From contig LKMP01000002.1 of NCBI GenBank assembly GCA_001563915.1, positions 32,001 through 96,000 of the forward strand: DNA of 64,000 nucleotides. Reading direction: 5' to 3'. Made by a program: the position numbers and the translations under genes. Positions 1 through 9,256 of the stretch are shown here, in pieces. A model generated the notes under the pieces. It saw only the letters and a list, made by a program, of their open reading frames with translations. It was not told the origin of the DNA and did not search any database. Source of the stretch: Nanohaloarchaea archaeon B1-Br10_U2g21 (GTDB taxonomy: Archaea > Nanohalarchaeota > Nanosalinia > Nanosalinales > Nanosalinaceae). Every line of letters begins with the position of its first letter. Position 1 is the stretch's first letter.

Positions 1-289
1 GTGAAGGAGACCTGTCTGTATCAAAAATACCTGGATCAATGTAGTCTCCTATTAAAAAACCTGATATTCCTAGCGCTAGGACTGCAAAAACTGTTAAGAA
101 CGGTATAGAACGTTTTTCTCTAACATCTTTAACAGCTATGGCAGGTTCTTCACTTGAAAAGATGTGGCTTACAACTTCAGAATCATGGCCTGCGTTCTCT
201 AGAGAATCTATTATCTGTTTTTCGGAGTAACCATTCTCTAGCTGTTCTTTAGCCCACTTTTTTAGCTCTTTTTCGCTAAAATCCTCCAT
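1..289 (-). CDS. hypothetical membrane-anchored protein (runs off window start)
   Basis: ATG at 289; translated by hand: MEDFSEKELKKWAKEQLENGYSEKQIIDSLENAG...IPFLTVFAVLALGISGFLIG (one TM); not in ORF track because truncated. Confidence 0.7.
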   Translation of the reverse strand, partial: MEDFSEKELKKWAKEQLENGYSEKQIIDSLENAGHDSEVVSHIFSSEEPAIAVKDVREKRSIPFLTVFAVLALGISGFLIGDYIDPGIFDTDRSPS

Positions 290-334
290 AACATATTCTG
301 TGCTGGCTTAGATAAAAACCTTTCATAGAAAGTT

Positions 335-405
335 AGCCGGAGCTGGGATTTGCACCCAGGTACGCCGCTCTGCAGGCGGCTGCATAACTACTCTGCCACT
401 CCGGC
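335..405 (-). tRNA. tRNA-Cys(GCA)
   Basis: GCCGGAG acceptor stem, anticodon arm GCCGC-CTGCAGA-GCGGC, T arm CTGGG-TGCAAAT-CCCAG, discriminator U; no encoded CCA. Confidence 0.95.
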
Positions 406-538
406 CTATAAAACGAGAATAGTAGACAAGCTATTTTAAACCCTGTACGACACCCCCATTAAAACTCATAGAATTTTTTAACTTCGCAAAATAGAAGAAA
501 TAAGTGGAGAATAGGATTCACCATAAACTTTTACTAAC

Positions 539-661
539 CTAAATTTTCAGAGCTTTCTGGCATTGTTTTACCCTCTGAATCTCTCTTCCGTGTTCTACCT
601 CAAAACCCTGGTTTACTCCTATTCTATGCCTGAATTTCTCAACTATCTCTTTCTTCTCCAA
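539..661 (-). CDS. putative 40-aa small protein
   Basis: TTG start 6 nt after GAGGTGA Shine-Dalgarno; MEKKEIVEKFRHRIGVNQGFEVEHGREIQRVKQCQKALKI; TTTAAA box upstream at ~770-775. Confidence 0.4.
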   Translation of the reverse strand: MEKKEIVEKFRHRIGVNQGFEVEHGREIQRVKQCQKALKI

Positions 662-786
662 AACTTTTCACCTCTAAGGCCTTATGCAATGATGACAAAT
701 GGGAAATTCCCCCTCTCCCACTCTTTTTCTTAGCCTCGGGGATAAGTAGAAATGCGCATGCACCAGTATTTAAACCGATTTGGAGT

Positions 787-802
787 TGTCCGAATGTCCG
801 AA
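787..802. repeat. tandem 8-bp direct repeat TGTCCGAA x2 just downstream of cdc6
   Basis: TGTCCGAATGTCCGAA read directly. Confidence 0.6.
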
Positions 803-818
803 AAAACCAATTTTTCTT

Positions 819-1832
819 CTAATCTTGCAAACTGTAAATCCGGTCTTGTGTCGATCCTCTTATATCCACAAGCCCCTTATCATGCATATCCTTCATATAT
901 CGCCTCATAGATCTCTTTGACCTAGGGCTATCAACTTGGCTCTCATAAACTTCATAGAGCTCTCCCGGCCTAACTTCGCCTCGTTCTTTCAACACCTTAT
1001 AAAGCGCTTTCTGCTGGTCATTAAGTTTTTGTAAAGACACAGATTTATTCTGCTCCACAGCTGTTGAAAAACTCTCTTCAATTAATTCTCCAGGAATTTC
1101 TTTTAGGCCTTTTGTCTCCGCTTTTTGTGCTGCAAGTTTCAAACTGTTGATGGCTATTCTTGCATCCCCTGAGGCATGAGAAGCTATTTTTTGCAGTTCT
1201 CTTGATCTTACCGAATTATTCCTCAAACCATATTTTACTCGGTCTTCAAGAATATCAACTAGTTCTTTCTCATCGTAGGCCTTAAACCTGATTTCTTCTA
1301 TGCCTGAGAACGACGACCTGATTCGGTCATCAAGTGATGCAAATATATCTCGGCGATTCGCAATCAGTATTACTGCAACTTTTTGGTACCTCGACATGTC
1401 AAAAAGAACTTTTTCATCTTTAATCTGGTCTACCTCGTCAAGAACCACAACCATAGGTTGTTTTCTAGCTTTTTCCTCAAACATATCGACTAGTTTTTCA
1501 GTAGATGTGCCGTCACGCATTACAAATTCATTCATGTCTCTTAGAAGCTTGTAATATACTTCAAATCTCGAGGGCTGTCCGAATCCATCAACAGTTCCTG
1601 AGAGTACCTGTGGCGAATGTTTCTTTAACTCTTCTACAACATACTGTGCCATTGCACTTTTACCTGTGCCGGGAGGACCATAGATTAACATATCTATAGG
1701 CGGAAATCCTTCAAGTATGGGTCTCAAATTATCAGCTATAACCTGTCTCTCGTTCCCACGATGCAGCATTTTATTTGGGAGATAGTCAGCGGTTAAAACC
1801 CTAGCGTCCTGTATGACAGTGTTTCTATTCAC
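819..1832 (-). CDS. cdc6: Cdc6/Orc1 family AAA+ replication initiator
   Basis: Walker A GPPGTGKS, Walker B VVVLDEVD, sensor-2 GDAR, C-terminal winged helix. Confidence 0.93.
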   Translation of the reverse strand: MNRNTVIQDARVLTADYLPNKMLHRGNERQVIADNLRPILEGFPPIDMLIYGPPGTGKSAMAQYVVEELKKHSPQVLSGTVDGFGQPSRFEVYYKLLRDMNEFVMRDGTSTEKLVDMFEEKARKQPMVVVLDEVDQIKDEKVLFDMSRYQKVAVILIANRRDIFASLDDRIRSSFSGIEEIRFKAYDEKELVDILEDRVKYGLRNNSVRSRELQKIASHASGDARIAINSLKLAAQKAETKGLKEIPGELIEESFSTAVEQNKSVSLQKLNDQQKALYKVLKERGEVRPGELYEVYESQVDSPRSKRSMRRYMKDMHDKGLVDIRGSTQDRIYSLQD

Positions 1833-1873
1833 AGAAATTAATTATATACAATGCTTTATGCATTTAACCTGTT

Positions 1874-2167
1874 TCAGGCAATATAATCATGACTTTCCTC
1901 TGATTCAGCCTTATCTTTTTCGCGCTCTTCTAACTCTATCTCCCCATACTTTTCCTCATATCTTTCAATATTATGCTCCAACAAATTTTTGAACCGTTTA
2001 GCGCTTTCAGGAGATGTAATAATCGGTTGATGCTCAACTGAGACTTTTTTATCTCCCTCAGGACCTTCAATAACAGGAACAGATTTTCTAAAATCTAAAA
2101 CAAATTCGCTGTTTCTGAAAACTAACGCAATACTATCAGAGTAAAAACTTTTACCTCTCATTTTCAC
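1874..2167 (-). CDS. DUF3467-like protein
   Basis: FYSD...SEFVLDF...IITSPESAKRF..LL..NI..YE..YGEI pattern. Confidence 0.7.
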   Translation of the reverse strand: MKMRGKSFYSDSIALVFRNSEFVLDFRKSVPVIEGPEGDKKVSVEHQPIITSPESAKRFKNLLEHNIERYEEKYGEIELEEREKDKAESEESHDYIA

Positions 2168-2201
2168 AAGTCCAATTTGAAGTATGAAGGATAAAAAGCC
2201 C

Positions 2202-2693
2202 TTAGATGTACTGATTGGCGAAGATTATAAAGAATATGGTCCACCACCCAACTATCGAAATTAATGCAAATACACCGGCAAGCCTTTCAAATTTCGTAAC
2301 CTCAATGTTTTCAGCATCCCATTCATCTGCAAGCTGCCTGAAACGTGGAGTGATTTTCTCGTTCAATATTATTCCATTAACGAATACTATACTAACTAAA
2401 ATCATCTTAGTCTGAAAGAACCAACCATGAACATTTTCAGGATATTGAGATATCAAATATATACCTGTAAATCCGAGTATTGTAAGACCTATCCACACAA
2501 GTAGCGATAATACAGATGCAAGTTTAGCAAAGACAGGTGCAAACTTTTTCTTAAAATGTAATAGCATAAGCATCGAATCAGTGGCCGTAACAGCTCCTAT
2601 AGCTATAACTGCCGCGGCCAAGTGCGCAAATCTTATCAAAATATATGGATCATTAAATGAATTTTGGAAAAGCCCTATGATGCCAGAAATCAC
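2202..2693 (-). CDS. 4-TM membrane protein
   Basis: four hydrophobic segments, His in TM1, TKMILV motif. Confidence 0.7.
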   Translation of the reverse strand: MISGIIGLFQNSFNDPYILIRFAHLAAAVIAIGAVTATDSMLMLLHFKKKFAPVFAKLASVLSLLVWIGLTILGFTGIYLISQYPENVHGWFFQTKMILVSIVFVNGIILNEKITPRFRQLADEWDAENIEVTKFERLAGVFALISIVGWWTIFFIIFANQYI

Positions 2694-2844
2694 TAAAAGT
2701 GCACCTCCCTAACTTCTTTCCCCAACTTCACCACATAGTAAAGGCTTATGATTCCTATCATAGCCGCCCACAATATCACGAAGCTGAACATAGGATCTTC
2801 AAACATGCAAGAAATGGTTTAGATTATATAATTAATAAATCTAA

Positions 2845-3264
2845 TCAAGAATTAGTCTGTCTCAATGGCTCAGAAAGTGATTCTTCAGGATCATCTGCAG
2901 ACCAGGCCTCCACTATAAAATTGTCGGATTCTTCTGGCTCAGAGATATTGAACTCTATTTTTCGGCGTTCCAGCTGCCCCATTTCAGTCTCTTTACTCCA
3001 AGTTTCTAGAACGTCATCATGCTCGCTCAGAGCCCTCATTTCGGCTACTATCAGTCCTGAACCGCCTCTGTTGAAGAGTCTGACCTCCGCACGCAGTTGT
3101 TCCTCTTCAGAATCATTAACACTATCTTCTAACTGGTGTACTTCAAACTCTTGAAGTACTGGATTAGATACTCCAAACGCCACATATGTGAATGCTGCGA
3201 AAACAGCGCCTACAAATACTAGGCCCGATATAAGAAGCGTATTGAAAGCCCTAATAGCATTCAT
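2845..3264 (-). CDS. membrane-anchored acidic protein with Ig-like beta domain
   Basis: N-terminal TM, FNRGG motif, acidic beta-rich domain. Confidence 0.65.
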   Translation of the reverse strand: MNAIRAFNTLLISGLVFVGAVFAAFTYVAFGVSNPVLQEFEVHQLEDSVNDSEEEQLRAEVRLFNRGGSGLIVAEMRALSEHDDVLETWSKETEMGQLERRKIEFNISEPEESDNFIVEAWSADDPEESLSEPLRQTNS

Positions 3265-3369
3265 GAGATAATTTTTTTCTTTGTAGGAATAAATAACAGG
3301 CAGCTCTAAAAAATGTAGATGTAGTTATTTTAAACAAGTAAACTCTATTCATCAATAAGTGAGACTCTT

Positions 3370-3804
3370 TTGAGCGTTCCAAAGTATATAATCATAACTG
3401 TGTTTCTTGCAGCTCTGACGACTTATCTTTTAGCTCCTGCAGCAGTTGAAGACAGAATCAGTGAGTTTACTGCCTCTGCAGACAGTTGTCCTGAAGAAGT
3501 GGATAGCTTCCTTGATGGCCATGTAACTTATGTTAATGACTCTAATGTAGATGCTAGATTAGAGAGAAGTAATACCTCTAATTTCGCCACATCAACTCGA
3601 AATCTGCGTTGTGATTCAGGTGCCGATGAAGGACAGAACTTAGAACACTATTACTGCACCTCTACAACTGAGGATTTAATAGTTGAATATACTGAGTTAG
3701 ACGAAGATGGAACTATAATATCGCAGAAGAACTTGTTACTACCTTTTATAGAGCTAGATGAAGATGGGAACTACATAGACTATAGTTGTGAAGTAACTGC
3801 CTAA
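3370..3804 (+). CDS. secreted acidic hypothetical protein (4 Cys)
   Basis: signal/TM segment, acidic body, TATA box TTTAAA upstream. Confidence 0.65.
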   Translation: MSVPKYIIITVFLAALTTYLLAPAAVEDRISEFTASADSCPEEVDSFLDGHVTYVNDSNVDARLERSNTSNFATSTRNLRCDSGADEGQNLEHYYCTSTTEDLIVEYTELDEDGTIISQKNLLLPFIELDEDGNYIDYSCEVTA

Positions 3805-3942
3805 ACAATATCAGTTATCGACATCTGGACTGTATATCCGCATCGAAATAGAAAGTGACTCCTGGGATTACGAAGAATTTAAATAAAAAATCAGTAGAGG
3901 CTCACCCAGTTTTACAAATAACCTACGGCACAAATCAAAATC

Positions 3943-4212
3943 ATGGTACAGTTCGAGACAATAGAGAAAGAAAGAAGAGACTATGGAAACTTTCCAGGAG
4001 AAAAATTTGTTGAAGTAAGCCGCAATAAAGTTATCCAAGATGATGGTGACGAAAACACGTTTATCCAAATCAGCAGTGGCTATTACAAAGATGAAGATGA
4101 GGCCGTCTACAAAAAACGGTTTACAGTCCCTGCAGATGAAAAAGCAGTAGATCACATAGTAGAAAAGCTTCCCAAGATGCTAGAGAAAGAACAGACCTCT
4201 AAAGAAGAATAA
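3943..4212 (+). CDS. small hypothetical protein, possibly PC4-like ssDNA-binding fold
   Basis: beta-strand-rich N-part (FVEVSR, FIQISSGYY, RFTVP) plus C-terminal helix; T-rich terminator after stop. Confidence 0.6.
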   Translation: MVQFETIEKERRDYGNFPGEKFVEVSRNKVIQDDGDENTFIQISSGYYKDEDEAVYKKRFTVPADEKAVDHIVEKLPKMLEKEQTSKEE

Positions 4213-4298
4213 CTCCAAAAAAGACGTGGAAATTCTTTTTTTTCTTTTCTCCCTTTCTATACACTAAATTATATGTTAGTAAGTGCTATTGTTTCTGT

Positions 4299-4925
4299 AT
4301 GGAACTTGGTGCATCTATAGCATCACATTATTTCGAACCACACGAAGAGTACGATGAAGGCCTTTTAGCCGGAAGATTTAATCCTCCTGGCAACCACCAC
4401 ATAAAGTTACCTAGTTACGTCGCCGACCAGTATGATTTAAACAAAGTAAATATAGTGATAGAAGATGCAGCCCAATCTGCAAGGAACCCTTTGCCTGCGG
4501 AACAGATAAAAGATATTCTAGAAGAATCTTTGAGCGATCAAGACGTAGAGTGCAAAGCTTTTACCCATGACATAACAGACTTTGAGAGCTTTATGTGGGA
4601 CGACTTAGAACCTCTCAACGAAAACACTTTATACTACACTGGAGACCTCGAACAAGCCATATTTGGAAAAATAAAACAACTCTATACAGGGAAAAACTTT
4701 GGGATAGCTTATGAACCCAGAGAACATCAAGACTTAGGCAGCGAAGCCACCACAGCCTCATCAGGAACACAAATCAAACAAGCAATAAATCAGAGTCGTC
4801 CTTGGCAAAACTATGTGCCTCCAGAAACACTGAAAACACTAGAAGAAAATCATGAGGCCTTAACAACAATCCAAGAAGGAAACCCTACAGGACGAGGTAA
4901 ACACCTCGAGCTAATAAAAAAATAA
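4299..4925 (+). CDS. HIGH-superfamily nucleotidylyltransferase, divergent NMN adenylyltransferase-like
   Basis: GRFNPPGNHH, RNPL, SSGTQIK...W..YVP motifs typical of NadM-like proteins. Confidence 0.7.
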   Translation: MELGASIASHYFEPHEEYDEGLLAGRFNPPGNHHIKLPSYVADQYDLNKVNIVIEDAAQSARNPLPAEQIKDILEESLSDQDVECKAFTHDITDFESFMWDDLEPLNENTLYYTGDLEQAIFGKIKQLYTGKNFGIAYEPREHQDLGSEATTASSGTQIKQAINQSRPWQNYVPPETLKTLEENHEALTTIQEGNPTGRGKHLELIKK

Positions 4926-5007
4926 AAACTGAAAACAACTTTTCCCTTAACCTTCTTTTTTGCTCAAACAGACCTAATTAAATCCATATCTCAAAAAAGA
5001 GCTTATT

Positions 5008-5430
5008 ATGGGCAAAAGGATTAATTCAGGTGTAGAGACTTTCACAGAAAAAACTACCGACTATCGGAAATGCATGTTCCGAATGAAACAGAAAGATTTC
5101 CATTTCCACCTCAAAGAAGTCAAAGCTGTAAAGTTCAAAGGCGGTACAAAACATGGATTCATCAAAGCTATGATTTGTAAGGCCCTCGATGACGAAGGCC
5201 ACTATTACTTAACAGAAAAAGAATTCAATAACGGTAGAGAAGCAGACATCTATGATGCAAGTATTGACTCAGTAATTGAAATCGAATCTAACTGCACACC
5301 CGCAGACAGAAAGAAAAAGATCAAAGATTTTGGTAAAAGTGTTAAAGAAGTCTACATAATTGATCCTGTAAATTGGCCAGATAACTACGAAAAGGTCTAC
5401 AACAAAGCAAAAGACGAATTTTGTTTCTAA
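5008..5430 (+). CDS. basic hypothetical protein with PD-(D/E)xK-like nuclease motif
   Basis: TEKEF...ADIYD...VIEIES spacing; Lys-rich. Confidence 0.55.
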   Translation: MGKRINSGVETFTEKTTDYRKCMFRMKQKDFHFHLKEVKAVKFKGGTKHGFIKAMICKALDDEGHYYLTEKEFNNGREADIYDASIDSVIEIESNCTPADRKKKIKDFGKSVKEVYIIDPVNWPDNYEKVYNKAKDEFCF

Positions 5431-5460
5431 CCCAGCTTCTAGAAAAAATTAATAGTATAA

Positions 5461-5494
5461 TAGCCCAGCCAGCCGCCAAGCAAAGTCTGGGCTA
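5461..5494. other. GC-rich stem-loop between convergent genes
   Basis: TAGCCCAG-N18-CTGGGCTA 8-bp inverted repeat. Confidence 0.5.
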
Positions 5495-5644
5495 CCAATG
5501 CATTCTCCACTAAAAAGCAGAGAAAGCATAAAATACAAATAAAAACACAACTCTTAAAAGAAGGAAACAAAGACTTTACTCCAGTTTTCTCTATACACCA
5601 GATCTATCTAATTATTACCTCTAACATTTTAACGCCTTTAGAGA

Positions 5645-7093
5645 TTACTGCCATTTCAGTTTGGGATAACTATCTTCCACAGTCCTCCATACGTTTTCAA
5701 AGTCAAATCCCTCCATATTTTCTGCGGCAGCATCTCCTTTCATCTCCTCAGTAGTTAAGCCTTTAGCCGTTGGACTATCTGATCTCGTGCCATCACAATC
5801 CGGGCATAAATCCTCGTTCCAGTAGGAATATTCTGCTCCGCCTCTTCCAATCAGTGCATTTCTTTGCTCTCCCTCTGCACCATCATTAGGAGGGTTTACC
5901 GTAAATGTCCTGTTGACACTACTACCTCTTCCCTGTATACCTCCTGTTTGAACACTTGCACCATCTATTTCTCCCGTATAATAGGAGTCTACTATTGTTG
6001 CTGCCCTCCCCGCTATACCTCCTGATCGACCCCCATTAACCGTAGCTTCAGAGTAAGACTGATTTACGGTGCCGTGACGACCTACAATTCCGGCTGTTCT
6101 TCGGCCTGGACCTTCAGAGTACCCGCTTGTATGCGATTTCAGGATATGCGTTCCTGAACCTGCTCCTAACAATACGCCTACTTTTCTCGACCCTCCAACT
6201 ACTTCTCCATTTGCATAGGTCTTATAGATTAAACTATTTCTTACATCTCCTCCTAGCGCTCCAGTTCGATGATCTCCTATTATTCCAGTATTATTTAGCT
6301 TTAGATATTCTACAGTCATATCGTCGCCGTAACCTACTAACCCCACCCTATCTGTTTCTGGACGCTCTATCGCTAAACCTTCAATAACATTGCTGTTACC
6401 ATTTATAGACGCTCTGAATGGTTCTTCAGGATCTCCTAAAGGATGAAATCCACTTTCCCACGCTTCTGTCTGCTGCGCATCTATTTTTCGTTCTAAACTA
6501 TACTCTCCTTCTTTATCTTCACTCATACACTGCAATTCTGCAAGATTATTTATCTGATATACCTCCTCGTCTTCAACCCACATCTCTTCAATGATTTCAC
6601 CGCAGGCATTTCTTCTATACGGATCGTCCCATAGCTCTCCGTTTTCAGGAATTTCTAAATCCCCAGTTATAGTACCTGATTCAACTAATCCTTCTAAATT
6701 TCCTTGTGTATATTGAACTTCTAGCTCAAATTCTCCCTCTGAGTCAGAGGAAATGTTTGTTAGCCCTAAAACTTCTTCATTTCCTACCCCAACATCAGTG
6801 AAACTATTTAAGACCATTTTCTTTGAATCAGGGTTTGATATTGTTATTTTTTCAACCTCAAGATTTTCTGAACCTCCATTTCTAACCACTAACTCTAAAC
6901 TTTCATCGCCAACATCACTATCAGTTATTATTACATCTCCATCATCAAAACCAGATATTTGAACGCTAGGTCCAAAAATATCGCCTTGAACCACTGAAAA
7001 GATTGCGCCGCCGACCACAGCAACAACTAATAACATCCAGCCATAAGTCATCAAATACTCAATCGCAGACTGACCTGAGAACGTTCCTCTCAT
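5645..7093 (-). CDS. class III signal peptide (pilin-like) surface protein with GLUG-type repeat domain
   Basis: GQSAIEYLMTYGWMLLVVAVVGG N-terminus; repeated VGLVG/TGALGG/SGGIAG motifs; C-terminal DFENVW...YPKL. Confidence 0.85.
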   Translation of the reverse strand: MRGTFSGQSAIEYLMTYGWMLLVVAVVGGAIFSVVQGDIFGPSVQISGFDDGDVIITDSDVGDESLELVVRNGGSENLEVEKITISNPDSKKMVLNSFTDVGVGNEEVLGLTNISSDSEGEFELEVQYTQGNLEGLVESGTITGDLEIPENGELWDDPYRRNACGEIIEEMWVEDEEVYQINNLAELQCMSEDKEGEYSLERKIDAQQTEAWESGFHPLGDPEEPFRASINGNSNVIEGLAIERPETDRVGLVGYGDDMTVEYLKLNNTGIIGDHRTGALGGDVRNSLIYKTYANGEVVGGSRKVGVLLGAGSGTHILKSHTSGYSEGPGRRTAGIVGRHGTVNQSYSEATVNGGRSGGIAGRAATIVDSYYTGEIDGASVQTGGIQGRGSSVNRTFTVNPPNDGAEGEQRNALIGRGGAEYSYWNEDLCPDCDGTRSDSPTAKGLTTEEMKGDAAAENMEGFDFENVWRTVEDSYPKLKWQ

Positions 7094-7625
7094 AATAATA
7101 CTCTTTATTGTGGCATACTAAAACCTTTACTCAGATAAAACAAGAAATTGAGGCAAATACAAATAACAGTCGCGTTCAGACATGAAGCACCATACGATAT
7201 ACTTGCCGAGCAGAATCAGAAGGTCGAGAGCAACGGGACTTCATGGACTGACAGAGAAGAAAGAACCTGGAATAACGTAGTCTTCCCAAAAATTTCTCAG
7301 AGTAAGCTAATTATAGAATGGGAAAAAACTGAAGAGAACGGAAAAATCAATACTATGGTCTCTTCGCAAACCTAACTGGAAAATCAGAACTCTCCACAGC
7401 CTAAGACGCACAAGAATCACAGATCTAGTAGCAGACACAGGCCTAAGTGTGAAAGAAGTCAGACAGAGATCAGGACATCCAATTATAGAAACGATAGACA
7501 GCTACAAAGAGAACAGTGTAGAAAGTCCGAAAAACTCTGGAAAGATACTGTATGGAAGAAAATGTTGACTTATTGAGTTTAGTAGAAGGTTAAATCATTG
7601 ATTTTTATGATCTGAATTTTGAAAC

Positions 7626-8438
7626 TCAACTCCAATGTTTTTGAATGTATTCAGTAGCTTCACCTATGCTTAGTGGTTTTGAAGAACTTCCTTGTCTAAC
7701 ATAAAACTCCTCTTTATCTCCAAAGTAAACAGGATCAGAGCTTGATTCTACTGATACAACACAAATAGTCTTGCCTTCGACTTCCTCAAATTCAACCTCT
7801 GTATAAATGGAACCGAACGTATCACCCATTTTATCTGAGATTACCTGGTTAAGCTGCAGCTCGAAATCATCGCGGCCTTTCTTCATTTGTTTAAGATCTC
7901 TTTCAATACCCACAATCTCTTTGTTCTCATCTTTTACCCCAATTATCAGAGTTCCGCCCTCAGAGTTGGCAAAAGCACATATTTCTTTAGCTGCTTTTTC
8001 TTTTAAGGCCTTATTAGGCTCTTTCTGATAAACATCCCATAAAAACGTCTCCTTGAATTCTATTTTGAAATTCTCTCCTCTCTGAATCAAATCTCTAACG
8101 TCATAACTCTCTTGTTCGGCTTCAGCATCCAAATTTTCAATGAAACTATTGATAGCTTCTGATAGCATTTCCCTCCGTTTCTGAAGGAACTTTTCGTAGT
8201 TCTTCGTTTTCCATAATTCAGTATTCTTAGGGACAAATTGTTGCTCGAAAGCTTTAGGATGGTCTTCCATTATCTCTGGCATATACTCTGAAGGCGGAGT
8301 ATCGTTAATATTCCAATTCCCTTCCTTAGTTAGAAATGCTCTATTTGCTATTTCATTGACTCTACTCTGATCCGAGCTGTTATTTGTGTTATACCCGTTT
8401 TTATAGAGAAGAGATTTAGGGAAAATGTGGTGAGAGTG
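7626..8438 (-). pseudogene. 5'-truncated DUF1524/HNH (GmrSD-like) nuclease C-terminus fused to AlbA_2 (Schlafen-like) domain
   Basis: open frame without start from ~8438: HSHHIFPKS...NEIANRAFLT..GN; then GENFKIEFKE...CAFANSEGGTLIIGVKD...YVRQGSSS; ORF-track ATG at 8282 is internal. Confidence 0.75.
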
Positions 8439-8439
8439 T

Positions 8440-8709
8440 TTATTGCTCTGTCATATCTGTGTGGCTTGAGACAAAGAGGTCTGTTCCCCTCATAAACTTC
8501 TTCAGTTCATCATAATCGTCTGTAGCTCCTATAGCCATTCCGTATCTCTCATCTTTGTTTTCTACTTCGTATCTGTCTGTTTCTTCTAGGACTTCGATTG
8601 CTCTGTCGAATGATTCTCTGTCTGCTTCATCCCCTTGCCATTCTTCTGGTTTATACTCAAGTTCTACAGCATGTCTTCCGCTGTAAACTGATTCAACTTC
8701 TTCTGTCAT
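8440..8709 (-). CDS. small acidic hypothetical protein
   Basis: 89 aa, D/E-rich, TATA box TATAAATA ~25 bp upstream of ATG (leaderless-type spacing). Confidence 0.7.
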   Translation of the reverse strand: MTEEVESVYSGRHAVELEYKPEEWQGDEADRESFDRAIEVLEETDRYEVENKDERYGMAIGATDDYDELKKFMRGTDLFVSSHTDMTEQ

Positions 8710-8713
8710 AGTA

Positions 8714-8731
8714 TGTTACTGGTAAGTAACA
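8714..8731. promoter_or_regulatory. perfect inverted repeat (operator-like) between TATA box and start codon
   Basis: TGTTACT-GGTA-AGTAACA. Confidence 0.5.
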
Positions 8732-8782
8732 AATATTTATATTTGTTTTGGTCTTTCGATTTTTCTCATCAAGCGCTTTGAT

Positions 8783-8862
8783 GTTCAGAAGCTCATATGA
8801 GCAACACTATCAAAAAATCCTGTTATTAGGACTTGATAAGATAAAATATTGGGTATAGCCCC
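8783..8862. repeat. ~80-bp degenerate direct repeat, copy A
   Basis: hand alignment to 9756-9834 gives 61/80 identities with one gap; ends in TAGCCCC matching tRNA-Thr 3' end. Confidence 0.85.
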
Positions 8863-8946
8863 TTTTTGAGCTTTTGACAATCGTTGCCAAAGCCCATATT
8901 TATGGTGAGACCGAAGGGTTGTTAATGTTAGTTTTAGTAGACAATC

Positions 8947-9219
8947 TTAAGTTTTCTCCTCAAACTGACTTAATTGGTCTTTTATCAGTTCAATTAAGTC
9001 CTCAGTATTCCTGTATTCTCGGATATTGTCAGATACTGCTTTCAAAGAGCCTGAAGGAGTAGAACCTGTTTCATATACGCACAATATTGGAATGTTATAC
9101 GAATCAGCCCAGCCAAGTTCAATACCTTGTCCTGTTGAAGCTTCAGAAACTTCTGCCAAAACAAGATCACACTGATTCTGCAAAAACTCTTTGGAGTTAA
9201 ATGGCTTATCAGAATCTTC
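8947..9219 (-). pseudogene. 5'-truncated nucleoside 2-deoxyribosyltransferase-like gene
   Basis: EDSDKPFNSKEFLQNQCDLVLAEVSEASTGQGIELGWA...IPILCVY; N-terminal strand/helix and a credible start codon are missing. Confidence 0.7.
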
Positions 9220-9256
9220 CTTATTAGAAAAATAATAAGAGAAAATATGTGTTTCT

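Noticed and set aside
345-360. TGCAAAT instead of TTCAAAT T-loop in tRNA-Cys suggesting a pseudogene
   Set aside because: All stems pair and the U discriminator is intact; treated as a natural variant
5461-5468. TAGCCC as a third copy or outer att site of the tRNA-Thr repeat
   Set aside because: Only 6 matching bases and the flanking sequence does not align with the 80-bp repeat
7148-7620. 75-aa ORF and following purine-rich stretch
   Set aside because: May be a decayed gene remnant but I cannot recognise a family or a reliable start; not annotated
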